DNA of 64,000 bases, taken from Archangium sp. GTDB taxonomy: Bacteria; Myxococcota; Myxococcia; Myxococcales; Myxococcaceae. The stretch's first letter is position 1. Every line of letters starts with the position of its first letter. This document shows positions 38,201-48,010 of the stretch, piece after piece. The notes beneath the pieces are model-generated. The model worked only from the letters and a program-made list of their open reading frames with translations. It made no database searches and was not told where the DNA came from. A program made the position numbers and the translations under genes. The stretch is taken from positions 16,304-80,303 of the forward strand of contig JANLPS010000176.1 of NCBI GenBank assembly GCA_031367385.1. The letters are read 5' to 3'.

Positions 38201-41173
38201 GAGCTTCGGGTCGACCGCGATGATCTGCACTTTGCGCTCGGAGTTGTGCTGCACGAAAGACATCGAGCCGTCGGCCTTGAACCCCAGCATGTACTTGCGC
38301 GGAGACGCGATGACCGTCGCCAACGAGGTGACGCTGCGGCCTCCACCGAGCTCGAAGCCCTCGGCGTAGAAGCTGATCTGCCATGTCGCGGGCGCCCAAC
38401 TGCTCAAGTCGACGGCGTATTCACTGTTGCCCTCAGCGTCGGTGGTGCTCTCGCCCAGTGACTGCGACTCGCTGCGCCTGGCTTGCGCGGGGTCGAAGAA
38501 TTGGTAGTCGGGGTACTTCGAAAACCGCGGCGAGTACGGGGTCAACGTCACGTTGGCCTCGACCCGATGATCAGCCGCCGGCGTACCGAACAAATTTCGC
38601 AGCTCGGCCACCGCCTTGAGCTTCGACCCGGTCAACCAGCCCTGCGCCGCACCCTCGAAGTGCGTCGAGAGCCGCATGCGGTCAGGCAAGAATTCCTCGA
38701 CCCGAAAGGTCGCCGAGCCCAGCTGCAGCTCACCGCCACCAGCTTGCGGCACCGAGACATTGAACGTGTAGGTGCCAGTCGGAGCGCTCTCTTCAGGCTT
38801 GAAATCGAGACCGGTCATGCCGGCCACGTCGAGCTCGACGTTCTTGAGGGCGACCTGCAGGCCGCGGGGGTCGGTCACGTTGAGCAGCAACGGCGTGCCC
38901 TTGACGCTGCGCGACCAGTCGACCGCGCGAACGAGGGTGGTCAAATGAGCGGTCTCTCCAGGGCGATAGAGGCCGCGGTCTGAGAAGGCAAACGCGGTGA
39001 GCGCACCCGTGCGCCCGTGGGTGCGAACGCCACCGACCTCGAACCGTGAAAAATCAAGCGAGCGATCAGAGCGGTTGAGCGGCAAGAACGAGACATCACC
39101 GTCACGGCGCACCACCAGTGCCACTGGCGTCTTCTCAGCCGTGAAGTCTTTGAGTGATGGCAAGGTCACCACGCCGTTCGCTTCGGTCGTGCGGTGCATC
39201 AGAATCGAGCCGTTCTTGGCGAGCACTTCGACCTGAGCCGAGCCCACCGGCGCGCCGGTTCGAAACGACTGCACATAGACCCAGTGGTTCAACCCCACGT
39301 CGATCTTCTCGACCACGCCGAGGTCGGTGAGCAGCACGAAGCGCTGATCAGACAACTGCCCCTGGTACCCGCCTTCGGAGCCGTCACCCTCGCCCCCGTT
39401 CTCGGCGTATTCGCGGTCAGGCGCTTCATTGCCCTCATTGCCTTCGCGATCGACGGCCTCGGCGTTCTCGCCCTGTTCAGCGGCCTCGGGCGGGCTCTCG
39501 TCTGACCGGGAGTACGAATTCATCACCGTGTTGGTGACCGGGTTCCACGCCTCGACGCGCACGAAGTACATGCCGCGCTGCTCGCCCCCTTTGTTTAGAT
39601 ATTGGCTGAAGTCGACGGCGGCATACTGGGCCACGCGGGGGTTCGACGCGTCGAGCGGGTGCACCTCGCTGAACACCTCCGAGATGTTCTCTTCGCTGAA
39701 CGACCCGTTGCGCATCGACAGGTGGGCAAAGTCGCCAGACGCCTGGGTGATCAAGTGGTTCAGGTCTTTGGGTTGAATCTGAAACAAGTGCACCTTGAAC
39801 GCGGGGATGCCGCGGGCGCTGACGGTGAGCTTCTTGTCGCCAGAGACGCTGAGCACCGACCCGTCGTGGGCGATCTTGATCTCTCGCGGGTACTCGGGCA
39901 CCACGACCACTTCCTCGTAGGGCTTGAGCAAGGTGTACCCACCGAAGGCCTCGATGCCAGCCTCGACGCGCACGAAGAGCCGTGAGCCGGGCTTGAGGTC
40001 GATCTTGAAGCTCTGCACCTCACCGACCTCGTGCTCCCCGGGTATGGCGGTGAGCTTGAGCCGGGGCGACTTCTTCAAGATCTCCGGGCCGACCTCGGTT
40101 GCGCTCCAGCCGTAGTCTTTGATGACCGATTGATCACTCGTCGCGGGCTTGTCTTTCGGCAACACCCACACCTTCACCGCCGGAGCGAACACGTTCTCAT
40201 TCACCGTCGAGGCGCAGGTGAAGATCAGCACCTGATCAGGGTCACCCTCGGCGCTGCGCGCGATGGTTGCTTGCACCCCGTTGACGTGAAACTTGCTCCC
40301 CTTGCCGGGGATGATCACGGTCGACGGGTGATCGACCTCGTCACCGCTCGACGAGCCCGCCGCCTTCGCACCCTTCGTGAGCAACAGCGTCGCGATGTGA
40401 TCTTCAATCGGCATCGGCAGGTTCTCAGACCGCACGTAGGCCTCGAAGCGCAGGTCGTCGTAGCTGACGGTGTACTTGTGCGCCTCGTGCTGGGTCTTGT
40501 TGCTCGACGGCACCGAGTCGAGCTTGAGCCGCTTCTCGAATGACTCTGGGTCGACCGGGTAATTGAAGCGAAAGGTGCCGACGACCTGCTTCACCGAGGG
40601 GTCGACCGGGTCTTGGTAAAATTCGAAGCTCGCCACCGAGACGGCGAAGGGCTCGACCGTGAGCTCGAGCTCTTTCGTCGCCAGCACGGTGTTCGGCCGA
40701 TTGACCAGCTGCTGCGCCATCGACACTTTGTACTTTTCGCCCACCGGCCACGGCGTCTTCGGGGTGAACCCGAGCGTGCGTTCGTTGAGCCACTTCCACT
40801 CGCCATCGATGGCCGGTCGAATCGAGACGCCGATGGTGATGGCCTTGTTGATGTCAGCCAGCGGCGCGGCCGAACCGTCAAACTGAATGATCAACGTCTG
40901 CGGAGTCGGCACCGCCTCGTTCTTCAATCTGCGCCCAGGCGACGAGATGCCTCGAATCACGGCGCTGAGCCGCACCTCGTTCGGAGGTGGCGGCCGGGTC
41001 ACCACGTACGCGTAGACGCCCGCGCCAGCCGCCGAGAGGGCAAAAACCCCCAAGAGCGCCCGCCGGTTCGCCCGAATCAGCGCCCACAGCCGCTGCGACC
41101 ACGCCGGTGCTTCCCACGAGAGACGGCCAAACAACGCGGCGAACAGCGAACCCAGACGGGTCTTCAGTGACAT
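35282..41173 (-). CDS. Bacterial alpha-2-macroglobulin (YfhM-like)
   Basis: 1963 aa; SDRGLYRPGE, AVDEGIL, thioester motif CSEQ, DLLPSGFE and DIREDRV; canonical pairing with pbpC. Confidence 0.95.
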   Translation of the reverse strand: MSLKTRLGSLFAALFGRLSWEAPAWSQRLWALIRANRRALLGVFALSAAGAGVYAYVVTRPPPPNEVRLSAVIRGISSPGRRLKNEAVPTPQTLIIQFDGSAAPLADINKAITIGVSIRPAIDGEWKWLNERTLGFTPKTPWPVGEKYKVSMAQQLVNRPNTVLATKELELTVEPFAVSVASFEFYQDPVDPSVKQVVGTFRFNYPVDPESFEKRLKLDSVPSSNKTQHEAHKYTVSYDDLRFEAYVRSENLPMPIEDHIATLLLTKGAKAAGSSSGDEVDHPSTVIIPGKGSKFHVNGVQATIARSAEGDPDQVLIFTCASTVNENVFAPAVKVWVLPKDKPATSDQSVIKDYGWSATEVGPEILKKSPRLKLTAIPGEHEVGEVQSFKIDLKPGSRLFVRVEAGIEAFGGYTLLKPYEEVVVVPEYPREIKIAHDGSVLSVSGDKKLTVSARGIPAFKVHLFQIQPKDLNHLITQASGDFAHLSMRNGSFSEENISEVFSEVHPLDASNPRVAQYAAVDFSQYLNKGGEQRGMYFVRVEAWNPVTNTVMNSYSRSDESPPEAAEQGENAEAVDREGNEGNEAPDREYAENGGEGDGSEGGYQGQLSDQRFVLLTDLGVVEKIDVGLNHWVYVQSFRTGAPVGSAQVEVLAKNGSILMHRTTEANGVVTLPSLKDFTAEKTPVALVVRRDGDVSFLPLNRSDRSLDFSRFEVGGVRTHGRTGALTAFAFSDRGLYRPGETAHLTTLVRAVDWSRSVKGTPLLLNVTDPRGLQVALKNVELDVAGMTGLDFKPEESAPTGTYTFNVSVPQAGGGELQLGSATFRVEEFLPDRMRLSTHFEGAAQGWLTGSKLKAVAELRNLFGTPAADHRVEANVTLTPYSPRFSKYPDYQFFDPAQARRSESQSLGESTTDAEGNSEYAVDLSSWAPATWQISFYAEGFELGGGRSVTSLATVIASPRKYMLGFKADGSMSFVQHNSERKVQIIAVDPKLDQLKVEKLKLVLVEQRYVSVLTRESNGSYRYQSVLKDVTRKSDSFVVSEAGTTMKVPSADVGTFYWSVRDIEDVELLRVGFTIAGEANVAKELEKNAELKVSLDKAEYEPGETMTVQITAPYAGAGVITVERDKVFVHKPFKTTTSSTVQTIEVPAGLEVNGYVNVSFVRAIDSPELYVSPLSYGVVPFKVLKKSQHLQLTVTAPELTRPGRPMTIKYKTDRPSKLVLFAVDEGILQVARYQTPDPLGFFLEKRALEVTTRQIVDLLLPEFRLVHGGKEGGDSDGALARNLNPFKRKTDAPAVFWSGIVDAGPDEKSVSFVVPESFNGSLRVMAVAASAEALAATSSSTTVRGPFVISPNTPTFVSPGDTFVVTAAIANNVEGSGDKTSVTVTMKPSSAFALAAGVQATQTLIIAERREGVVSFDVKATEALGDGELQFQVSGAKQEVTRTAHVSVRPSSAYLVSSATGTVKGSTAEFATKRTMYDQFATRRLTVSLLPMGLSAGLLEYLGSYPHLCSEQLTSRAVPGLVLMKRPEWGLNPVAAKASFDMAFNVLRARQNDQGQFGYWAANSFVYPTLDVFITLMLTEAKERGVASPNDVRLKAIGNLKQDQLPVDDMARARLRAQTLYVLARNAVVSPAPTAQLAEFLGRQQGLALNDVAFAYLAATYQLTNNPQRAQELIKKFSLSDDVVPETNGAFDNTVYQAQVLYLISKHFPERLEAVGPKALSNLGRTMTSSGLHSLGASWSLYALDAYSTAMQDKVAGLKGVRVEVKDAAGAFKEQEVNGSLTAKVAFTSAATGFKVTAPEGVLLFFSVVESGFDKAVPTTSINEGVEVMHTFEDAAGKTITTVGLGDEITVRLRVRTLDKYSQVPNVALVDLLPSGFEVVQNRGTDLQGLARLTSGGSTWQPDSLDIREDRVNFYGTVTNAVQEIKYKIKAVAKGTFVVPPAQAVGMYRPDIRGRSTGGSLVVQ

Positions 41174-41185
41174 TGCAGGTGAGTT

Positions 41186-41201
41186 TGCAAGCCATGCACC
41201 G
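41186..41201 (-). promoter_or_regulatory. Possible sigma54 -24/-12 promoter for the A2M-pbpC operon
   Basis: Minus strand CGGTGC-ATGGC-TTGCA, 12 nt upstream of ATG 41173. Confidence 0.35.
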
Positions 41202-41349
41202 CGCTGTCACTGAGGGAATTGGAGGATCAACGCGGCGTTTGAGCCATGCCGACGCGGGCCTGCAGCCGCGCCCCGACGACAAATCAGTGACACTTTTCAC
41301 CGGGGTGCGATTCTCCCGCGCGCTTCAAACGAACGAACCGAGGTCGCAC

Positions 41350-42876
41350 ATGCCGTCGTCACCCCCCGCACAAATCGTCATCTTCGGAGCCGGCGGCGAT
41401 CTCGCCTTGCGCAAGCTGATGCCCGCTCTGGCCAGCCTGGCCGCGAAGGGCCAACCGCCGGGTGGGTTTCACGTCATCGGCGTCGCCCGAACCAAGAAAG
41501 ACGACGCGACCTACCGCGCTGAAATCAAGGCGGCCCTCGACCCTGAAGCCCTCAAGGCCTGGAGCGAGCTCGAGCCCCGCGTCACCTACCTGCCAGGCGA
41601 CGTCTCGAAGCCCGAAGACGTCAAGGCGCTCGCCGCCAAGCTCGACAGCCTGCCCGGCGGCAAGAACGCGGGCCGTCTCTACTACCTCTCGCTCAAGCCC
41701 GATTTGTTCATGCAAGCGGTGACCGAGCTGTCGAAGGCCGGGCTGTTGACCGTCAAAGAAGGCGAGACGACGGCCTGGCGCCGGGTGGTGGTCGAGAAGC
41801 CCTTCGGTCACGACTTGAAGAGCGCGATCGAGCTCAACAACCACCTGCACACGCACCTCAAAGAATTTCAGGTCTACCGAATTGATCACTACCTCGGCAA
41901 AGAGACCGTGCAGAACATCATGGGGCTGCGGTTTCACAACGCGATCTTCGAACCGCTGTGGAACCGGGATCACGTCGAGATGATTCAGATCACCGTCGCC
42001 GAAGAGCTCGGCATGGAGCGGGGCCGCGCGGCCTATTACGACGAGACCGGCGCGCTCTCTGACATGCTGCAGAATCACATGCTGCAGGTGCTCTCGCTGG
42101 TGACGATGGAGCCCCCGGCCTCGCTCGAACCGCAGGCGGTGCGCGCGCAGAAGGTGGCGGTGCTCGATGCGCTGCGGCCTCCGGCGGCTGAAGACATGCC
42201 CAGAGACGCGGTTCGCGCGCGGTACACCAAAGGCAAGATCAGCGACAAAGCAGTGCCCGGGTACTTGGAAGAAGAAGGCGTGCCCAAAGACTCGCAGACC
42301 GAGACCTTCGTGGCGGTGCGGTGTGAAATCGACACCTGGCGCTGGGCCGGAGTGCCAATCGTGCTGCGTCACGGCAAGCGCCTGCCGAAGCGATTCACCG
42401 AGGTGCAGGTGCAGTTTCGAACGCCGCCGGTGCAGCTGTTCAACAAGCCCGACGGCATCAGCGACGACGAGTTTCGCCGCAAGCTTCGCAACGGAGACCT
42501 CTGCCAGGTCAGACCCAACGTGCTCACCTTGTCGATTCAGCCCAAAGAAAGCATTCGCCTCAGCTTCGGCGTCAAGCGGCCTGGGCCCTCGATGGTGATG
42601 GCTCCGGCGGTGCTGAGCTTCGATTACCAAGAGGCCTTCAACACCCACACCGCGCCCGCGTATGAGCGGCTGTTGCTCGACGCGTTGGTCGGCGAGCCCA
42701 CCTTGTTCTTGCGCGGCGACGAAATCGAAGCCAGCTGGCGCTTCGCCGACGCGCTCCACGCAGCGTGGAAGGAAAACCCCAAGAACGCGATGCAAGAATA
42801 CGAAGCCGGCACCTGGGGCCCCGACAGCGCCAACGAGTTGTTTCATGGCTGTGAAGGCGGTTGGTCGCGTGGCTGA
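41350..42876 (+). CDS. zwf: Glucose-6-phosphate 1-dehydrogenase
   Basis: IFGAGGDLA.RKL, EKPFG, RIDHYLGKE and DMLQNH motifs. Confidence 0.97.
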   Translation: MPSSPPAQIVIFGAGGDLALRKLMPALASLAAKGQPPGGFHVIGVARTKKDDATYRAEIKAALDPEALKAWSELEPRVTYLPGDVSKPEDVKALAAKLDSLPGGKNAGRLYYLSLKPDLFMQAVTELSKAGLLTVKEGETTAWRRVVVEKPFGHDLKSAIELNNHLHTHLKEFQVYRIDHYLGKETVQNIMGLRFHNAIFEPLWNRDHVEMIQITVAEELGMERGRAAYYDETGALSDMLQNHMLQVLSLVTMEPPASLEPQAVRAQKVAVLDALRPPAAEDMPRDAVRARYTKGKISDKAVPGYLEEEGVPKDSQTETFVAVRCEIDTWRWAGVPIVLRHGKRLPKRFTEVQVQFRTPPVQLFNKPDGISDDEFRRKLRNGDLCQVRPNVLTLSIQPKESIRLSFGVKRPGPSMVMAPAVLSFDYQEAFNTHTAPAYERLLLDALVGEPTLFLRGDEIEASWRFADALHAAWKENPKNAMQEYEAGTWGPDSANELFHGCEGGWSRG

Positions 42877-43543
42877 AGTCAGCGTGATCAGCTCGTCGAC
42901 ACCGGTCGATGCGGTGGCGGCGTTGTTGAGCGAGGCGCTTCGCGGCTCTGCCCACAAGCGCTTCGGCATCGCGGGCGGCTCGGCGCTGAAGGCCGTGCAA
43001 GCCGTGCACACGATGCTCGGCCCCGTGCAGTGGGGTCAGGTCAGCTTGACCTGGGTCGATGAGCGAATCGTCGATGAGGCCAGCGATGACTCCAATCGCG
43101 GTGCTTTGACGAGGGCCGGAGCGATGAACCCAAGGCTCGAGCTGCCGTTGGTGCTCGATGGCGAGACCGGTGAACAGGCCGTGAAGCGTGTCACCGCGGC
43201 GTTCACACGAGATTTTCAAGGCGGCCTCGACGTCGCGCTGCTCGGCATGGGCGAAGACGGCCACGTGGCGTCGCTCTTTCCCGGGCATCGGCTGCTCGAT
43301 GAGACCAGCGCTTCATTCGCCTGGCTCGACGATTCACCGAAGCCGCCAAAGGGCCGTGTGACGATGACGAGAACGATTCTCGCCAAGCCGACGCTCAAGC
43401 GGTTCGTGCTGGCGACGGGCGACTCGAAGCGAGTCGCATTGCAGCACCTGCTTGATGGCGACTCGAGCTTGCCGATGGCGATGCTCGGGCCGATCACCGT
43501 GGTCACTGATCAACACTTTTCGAACGCAAAGGGCGGCGGATGA
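42869..43543 (+). CDS. pgl: 6-phosphogluconolactonase
   Basis: AGGS, WVDER, SN and LLGMGEDGHVASLFP motifs; SPKPP; lies between zwf and gnd. Confidence 0.93.
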   Translation: MAEVSVISSSTPVDAVAALLSEALRGSAHKRFGIAGGSALKAVQAVHTMLGPVQWGQVSLTWVDERIVDEASDDSNRGALTRAGAMNPRLELPLVLDGETGEQAVKRVTAAFTRDFQGGLDVALLGMGEDGHVASLFPGHRLLDETSASFAWLDDSPKPPKGRVTMTRTILAKPTLKRFVLATGDSKRVALQHLLDGDSSLPMAMLGPITVVTDQHFSNAKGGG

Positions 43544-44952
43544 CTTCACGATTGAACGACGTGGCGGTGATTGGGTTGGGCGTGATGGGCGCCAACGTCG
43601 CGCGAAATTTCGCCAGCCGCGGGCTCAAGGTCGGCGGCTACACGCTCAACTTCTCAGACGCGCAGAAGCTCGCCGCGGAGCACCCTGAAGCAAACCTCGA
43701 TGTCGTAGCCACGCTGCCCGAGCTCGTGCAGCGCCTCGAGCGGCCGCGACGCTTCATCGTGCTCGTCAACGCCGGCAAGCCGGTCGACTCGGTCATCGAC
43801 GCGCTCGACCCCCTGCTCGAAGCCGGAGACATCATCGTCGACGCCGGCAACAGCCTCTACACCGACACCGATCGACGGTCGGCGCGCGCCGCCACCCGGC
43901 CGTGGACGTTCGTGGGCATGGGCGTCTCTGGTGGCTCAGAAGGGGCACTGCTCGGGCCGTCGATCATGCCCGGTGGCACTCCCGCATCATGGGAGCGCCT
44001 CAAGCCCGTGCTCGAAGCCATCGCCGCGCGCTCAGCCGCCGGCGTGTGCGTCACCTACTGCGGCAAAGGCTCGGCCGGGCACTTCGTGAAGATGGTGCAC
44101 AACGGCATCGAGTACGGAGACATGCAGTTGATCAGCGAGACCGCGATGCTGCTTCGCGAGGGCCTGGGCTTGTCTGCCGAGGCAACCGCCGAGACCTTCA
44201 CCGCGTGGAACAAGGGCGACCTCGCCTCGTACCTGATTGAAATTACCGCCGATATTTTTCGCCAGAAAGACCCGAAGGGCGGTCTGCTGGTCGACGCGAT
44301 TCTCGACAAGGCCGGCCAGAAGGGCACCGGCAAGTGGACGGTCGTGGCTGCAACCGAGCTCGGCATCCCGATCCCCACCATTGCGGCGGCGGTCGATGCG
44401 CGGTTGCTCTCGTCGACGAAAGACACCCGGGTGAGGGCAGAAAAACTGTTCGCTCCGGCGCGAAACAAGCTCGAAGGCGTCACCGCGAATGATCTCGCCG
44501 ACGCGTTGTATGCGTCGAAAATCGCCAGCTACACCCAGGGGTTCGCGATGTTGAAAGCGGCGAGCGAGGCCTTTGGCTATGGCACCAACCTCGCCGAGGT
44601 CTCCCGCATTTGGACAGCGGGGTGCATCATTCGCGCGGCGTTTCTCGACCGGGTGCAGGCCGCGTTCAAGAAAGAGCCTGAGCTGTTGGCGATGGCGCCC
44701 GAGTTCGTGGCTGACCTGGCGAAGCGCCTGCCCGCGTGGAGGCGCGTGGTGGCGGCGGCGGCGAAGGCAGGCCTCGCGGCGCCCGGCTTGTCGGTCTCGC
44801 TGAGCTGGTTCGACACCTTGACCACCGCGCGTGGCTCGGCCTCGCTGATTCAGGCCCAGCGCGACTTCTTCGGCAGCCACACCTACGAGCGAATCGACAA
44901 CCCTGGCACCTTCGTTCACAGCGAGTGGCAGCACTCGGCGATGAAGAAGTGA
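43540..44952 (+). CDS. gnd: 6-phosphogluconate dehydrogenase (decarboxylating, long form)
   Basis: GLGVMG, VSGG, VKMVHNGIEYGDMQ, QKGTG and QAQRDFFGSHTY motifs. Confidence 0.97.
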   Translation: MTSRLNDVAVIGLGVMGANVARNFASRGLKVGGYTLNFSDAQKLAAEHPEANLDVVATLPELVQRLERPRRFIVLVNAGKPVDSVIDALDPLLEAGDIIVDAGNSLYTDTDRRSARAATRPWTFVGMGVSGGSEGALLGPSIMPGGTPASWERLKPVLEAIAARSAAGVCVTYCGKGSAGHFVKMVHNGIEYGDMQLISETAMLLREGLGLSAEATAETFTAWNKGDLASYLIEITADIFRQKDPKGGLLVDAILDKAGQKGTGKWTVVAATELGIPIPTIAAAVDARLLSSTKDTRVRAEKLFAPARNKLEGVTANDLADALYASKIASYTQGFAMLKAASEAFGYGTNLAEVSRIWTAGCIIRAAFLDRVQAAFKKEPELLAMAPEFVADLAKRLPAWRRVVAAAAKAGLAAPGLSVSLSWFDTLTTARGSASLIQAQRDFFGSHTYERIDNPGTFVHSEWQHSAMKK

Positions 44953-45722
44953 TGCCCATCGCTGTCACTCACATCGGCACAGCCACGATGCTGCTCGAGG
45001 TCGCCGGCCTGCGTTTGCTCACCGACCCGGTCTTCGATGCGCCGGGTCGCACCTATGGGTTCGGCTTCGGCACCCGCTCTCGCCACCTCGAAACACCGGC
45101 CCTCGGCGTCGACGCGCTTGGAAAAATCGACGCGGTGCTGCTCTCGCATGATCAACACGCCGACAACTTCGACGACGCGGGCCGCGCGATGCTGCCGAGC
45201 GTGCCGGTGGTCATCACCACCAGGGCCGCCTCGAAACGCCTCGGCCACCCGGGAGCGGTCGGCCTGGTCGACTTCGAATCGCACACCTTCAATGGGCTCA
45301 AGGTCACCGCCACGCCGGCCAGACACGGGCCTCCTGGCTCGCTGCCGATCGCCGGGCACGTGATTGGGTTCATGCTCGAGCACCCATCGCTCACCGCGCC
45401 GATCTACATCTCAGGTGACACCGTCTGGTTCGACGGCATCGCCGAGGTCGCGCGCCGTTTTCAACCCGGCATTTCGTTTCTGCATCTGGGTGGCGTGAAG
45501 TTCCCCATCTCGGGGCCGCTCACCTACACCTTCACGGCTGCGCAGGCGGTGACTGCAGCGAAGGCGCTGGGCAGTAAGCGAGTGATTCCGCTCCACTACG
45601 AAGGGTGGACGCACTTTCGAGAGCCGCGCGTGCAGGCTGATCAGGTTCTGCGTGACGCCCTGGGAGACCGCTTGCAATGGCTCGAGCGCGGCGTGCGCAC
45701 CGAGCTCGTTCAGGGCCCGTAG
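44952..45722 (+). CDS. MBL-fold metallo-hydrolase
   Basis: LLTDP, LSHDQHADN, ARHG, SGDT and PLHYEGW motifs. Confidence 0.9.
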   Translation: MPIAVTHIGTATMLLEVAGLRLLTDPVFDAPGRTYGFGFGTRSRHLETPALGVDALGKIDAVLLSHDQHADNFDDAGRAMLPSVPVVITTRAASKRLGHPGAVGLVDFESHTFNGLKVTATPARHGPPGSLPIAGHVIGFMLEHPSLTAPIYISGDTVWFDGIAEVARRFQPGISFLHLGGVKFPISGPLTYTFTAAQAVTAAKALGSKRVIPLHYEGWTHFREPRVQADQVLRDALGDRLQWLERGVRTELVQGP

Positions 45723-46849
45723 ACGAAGCGCTGCAGGGTCTCGCCTTCGTACGGCATCATCGTCGACACCCGACGCGCGGTGCCGCTACCGGGCGTGCCG
45801 TCGGCGCAGCGGGTGTGCAGCGCCTGACCACTGAAGTACAGCTCGAGCGTGACGCCGCCGGGCACCAGCGCGCCCCGACCTTGCAACGTGTTGCTCGCCA
45901 ATGGCATGTCGACGTCGAAGCAGGCTCCGCGGGGCTGCACGTTGCTGAACTTCACGCCCACGTTCGAGCCGTACGAGAGCGTCGTCTTCCCCAGGTGATC
46001 GCAATACCCGACCTCCCCATTGTTCGTCACGTAGCCGCCGTCGGTGAGGTTTCGAATGAAGGCGCCGTAGCGCACGAAGTCGTAGGTCGCTCCGCCGTCA
46101 GGCTTGAAGTGAAACGTGTAGTTCTTGCTGTTGAAGCACTGAATGATCTCGGTGCCCGAGGTGTACAGGTTCTGATCAATGCCGTTCGGGTACGCGGGCA
46201 CGTCGGCGCCTCGCATCGCCAGCTCTTGATTGTCGAGGTACGTGCCGAGCGAAGTCAGTGACGCGACCAGCAGGCACGCGCCACCATCGGGGCTCTTGAG
46301 CAGCTCGCCGGTGCAGTCGAACCCGCATTGAGCGCCGTTGCACACGGGGGTGCCTCCAGTCGGGGCGCTGCAGGTGATGCAGCCGTTGCCGCACATCAGC
46401 TGGCCCGCGGGGCAGGTCGAGACCGCGATGGTGAGCGTCGTGGTGGTGCTGCCAGAAGCATTGGCCGCGGTGATGGTGAAGGTCGTGCTCGCAAAGCCGC
46501 TGGTCGCGATGCCTGAGATTTCTCCGGTGCTTGGGTCGAGCGTCAGGCCAGGCGGCAGCGCGGGAGTAACGGTGAAGGTCGCCGCGCCCCCAGCGTTCGC
46601 CGGAGGGGGTATGCGGCAGAATGTATTGACGTTGCAGCTCAACGCGCTCGAGGCATACGCGACCTGACTCGGCGCTTGGGTCGAGCCCGTGTCGCCGCCA
46701 TTCGAAGGGCCCGCATCGGCGACGCCAGCGCCCGCGTCGAAGGTCACCGCGCCTGCGTCAACCGGCGTCGACACCCTGCCATCGCCCGCCGGCGTCGGAG
46801 GCGAACCACAGGACAGCGCCAGCACCACTGCGCAGAGTCTCTTGGTCAT
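45710..46849 (-). CDS. Lipoprotein with a putative Ig (He_PIG) domain, Cys-rich linker and unknown C-terminal domain
   Basis: ALSC lipobox; PALPPGLTLDPSTGEISG...FTITAANASGS. Confidence 0.82.
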   Translation of the reverse strand: MTKRLCAVVLALSCGSPPTPAGDGRVSTPVDAGAVTFDAGAGVADAGPSNGGDTGSTQAPSQVAYASSALSCNVNTFCRIPPPANAGGAATFTVTPALPPGLTLDPSTGEISGIATSGFASTTFTITAANASGSTTTTLTIAVSTCPAGQLMCGNGCITCSAPTGGTPVCNGAQCGFDCTGELLKSPDGGACLLVASLTSLGTYLDNQELAMRGADVPAYPNGIDQNLYTSGTEIIQCFNSKNYTFHFKPDGGATYDFVRYGAFIRNLTDGGYVTNNGEVGYCDHLGKTTLSYGSNVGVKFSNVQPRGACFDVDMPLASNTLQGRGALVPGGVTLELYFSGQALHTRCADGTPGSGTARRVSTMMPYEGETLQRFVYGP

Positions 46850-47017
46850 GGGGCGCTGATAGGCGAAGTACCCAAGGCCTTCAATCGCCGGGCCCGGGTT
46901 TGATCTCGAGGCCGACACAGGCGATGCTAGAACCTCGATGTCTGTTGCGCTCGCCCAGCCCCCCGCGTGTCGTGCTTCTGCTGTGCTCACCATCGCGTCA
47001 CTCTGGAGCTTGTGGCC

Positions 47018-48010
47018 ATGCCGGTAGCTACTGGCGTTACAGCCCTCGCGCGCGGAGCCACCGCGCAAACCTTTGAAACCACTGCCCGGTCACGGCGTGA
47101 TGCGACCGGGCAACTGGTCGCCGCCACTGAAGAGGTGGTCGAGGGCAAGATCGCCGAGTCGCTGATCAACGGCGGCGCGGCGGCCTCGACGGGCACCGGG
47201 TGGGTTCGCGGCGCGGTCGACGCGGCCGACAGCGTGCGAAAAGCCAGCAGCAATGGCTCGTTGCAAAGCCACCTCCCAGCGCTCTACCAGCTGCACGTGG
47301 TCGAAGGCACGGTGGGCGCGCTCGTGGCGGTCGCGCGCATGCCGGAGCGCTTTTCAGAGGCGTCGAGCGAGATCGCCCAGGCGATGAAAACGAAGTCTCG
47401 GCAAGACCAGCTGCGCGCGGTCGGCAGCTCGGCGCACTTCGCCGCCACCGTCGTCGGCGCATCGATGGGCCTCTCGAATGCAGTGTGGGCGTTCAACGAC
47501 GTCATCAACCCGTACCTCGAGGTCAAGCGAGTGGTCGCCGCGGCCAGCCCGGGGTTGAGCTCGGGTGCGGTTCACACCGCGGCCCGCAACGCGATCAAGG
47601 CCGCGAAAGCCGCCAAGGCTGGCGTCGAGTCGGCGGCGCCCTTCATCGAAGAAGCCACCGCCGCGCTCAGCGCCGCCACTCGCTCGCCTTGGGGCATCGC
47701 CGCTCAAGTCATCTCGAAGTTCGTGCCGGTGGCGTACACCACGCTCGAGGTCGTCAACTTGGCCAAGACCGAAGCTGACCCGAAGGCCTCGGCCGCCGAG
47801 AAGTATTACGCCCGGCTCGCGCTGGCGGGCTCGACCATGGCCACGGCGGTGTTGTTCGTGCCCGCGGTGGTCGCCGGCGCGGCGCTGACGATGACCACGA
47901 TGGCGGCTGCTCCGGCGTTGCTCGCGGTCGCGGGCCTGACGGGCGCGGCGGCCTGGGCCTACGCGACGTACGAGCAGAGCCAGGCCAAACAGGAGCGCGG
48001 AAACCGCTAA
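47018..48010 (+). CDS. Hypothetical Ala-rich protein with a hydrophobic C-terminal hairpin
   Basis: No signal peptide; hydrophobic segments after DPKAS; directly abuts the next gene. Confidence 0.75.
   Translation: MPVATGVTALARGATAQTFETTARSRRDATGQLVAATEEVVEGKIAESLINGGAAASTGTGWVRGAVDAADSVRKASSNGSLQSHLPALYQLHVVEGTVGALVAVARMPERFSEASSEIAQAMKTKSRQDQLRAVGSSAHFAATVVGASMGLSNAVWAFNDVINPYLEVKRVVAAASPGLSSGAVHTAARNAIKAAKAAKAGVESAAPFIEEATAALSAATRSPWGIAAQVISKFVPVAYTTLEVVNLAKTEADPKASAAEKYYARLALAGSTMATAVLFVPAVVAGAALTMTTMAAAPALLAVAGLTGAAAWAYATYEQSQAKQERGNR

Noticed and set aside
41359..43011. 550-aa minus-strand ORF
   Set aside because: Antisense shadow of zwf
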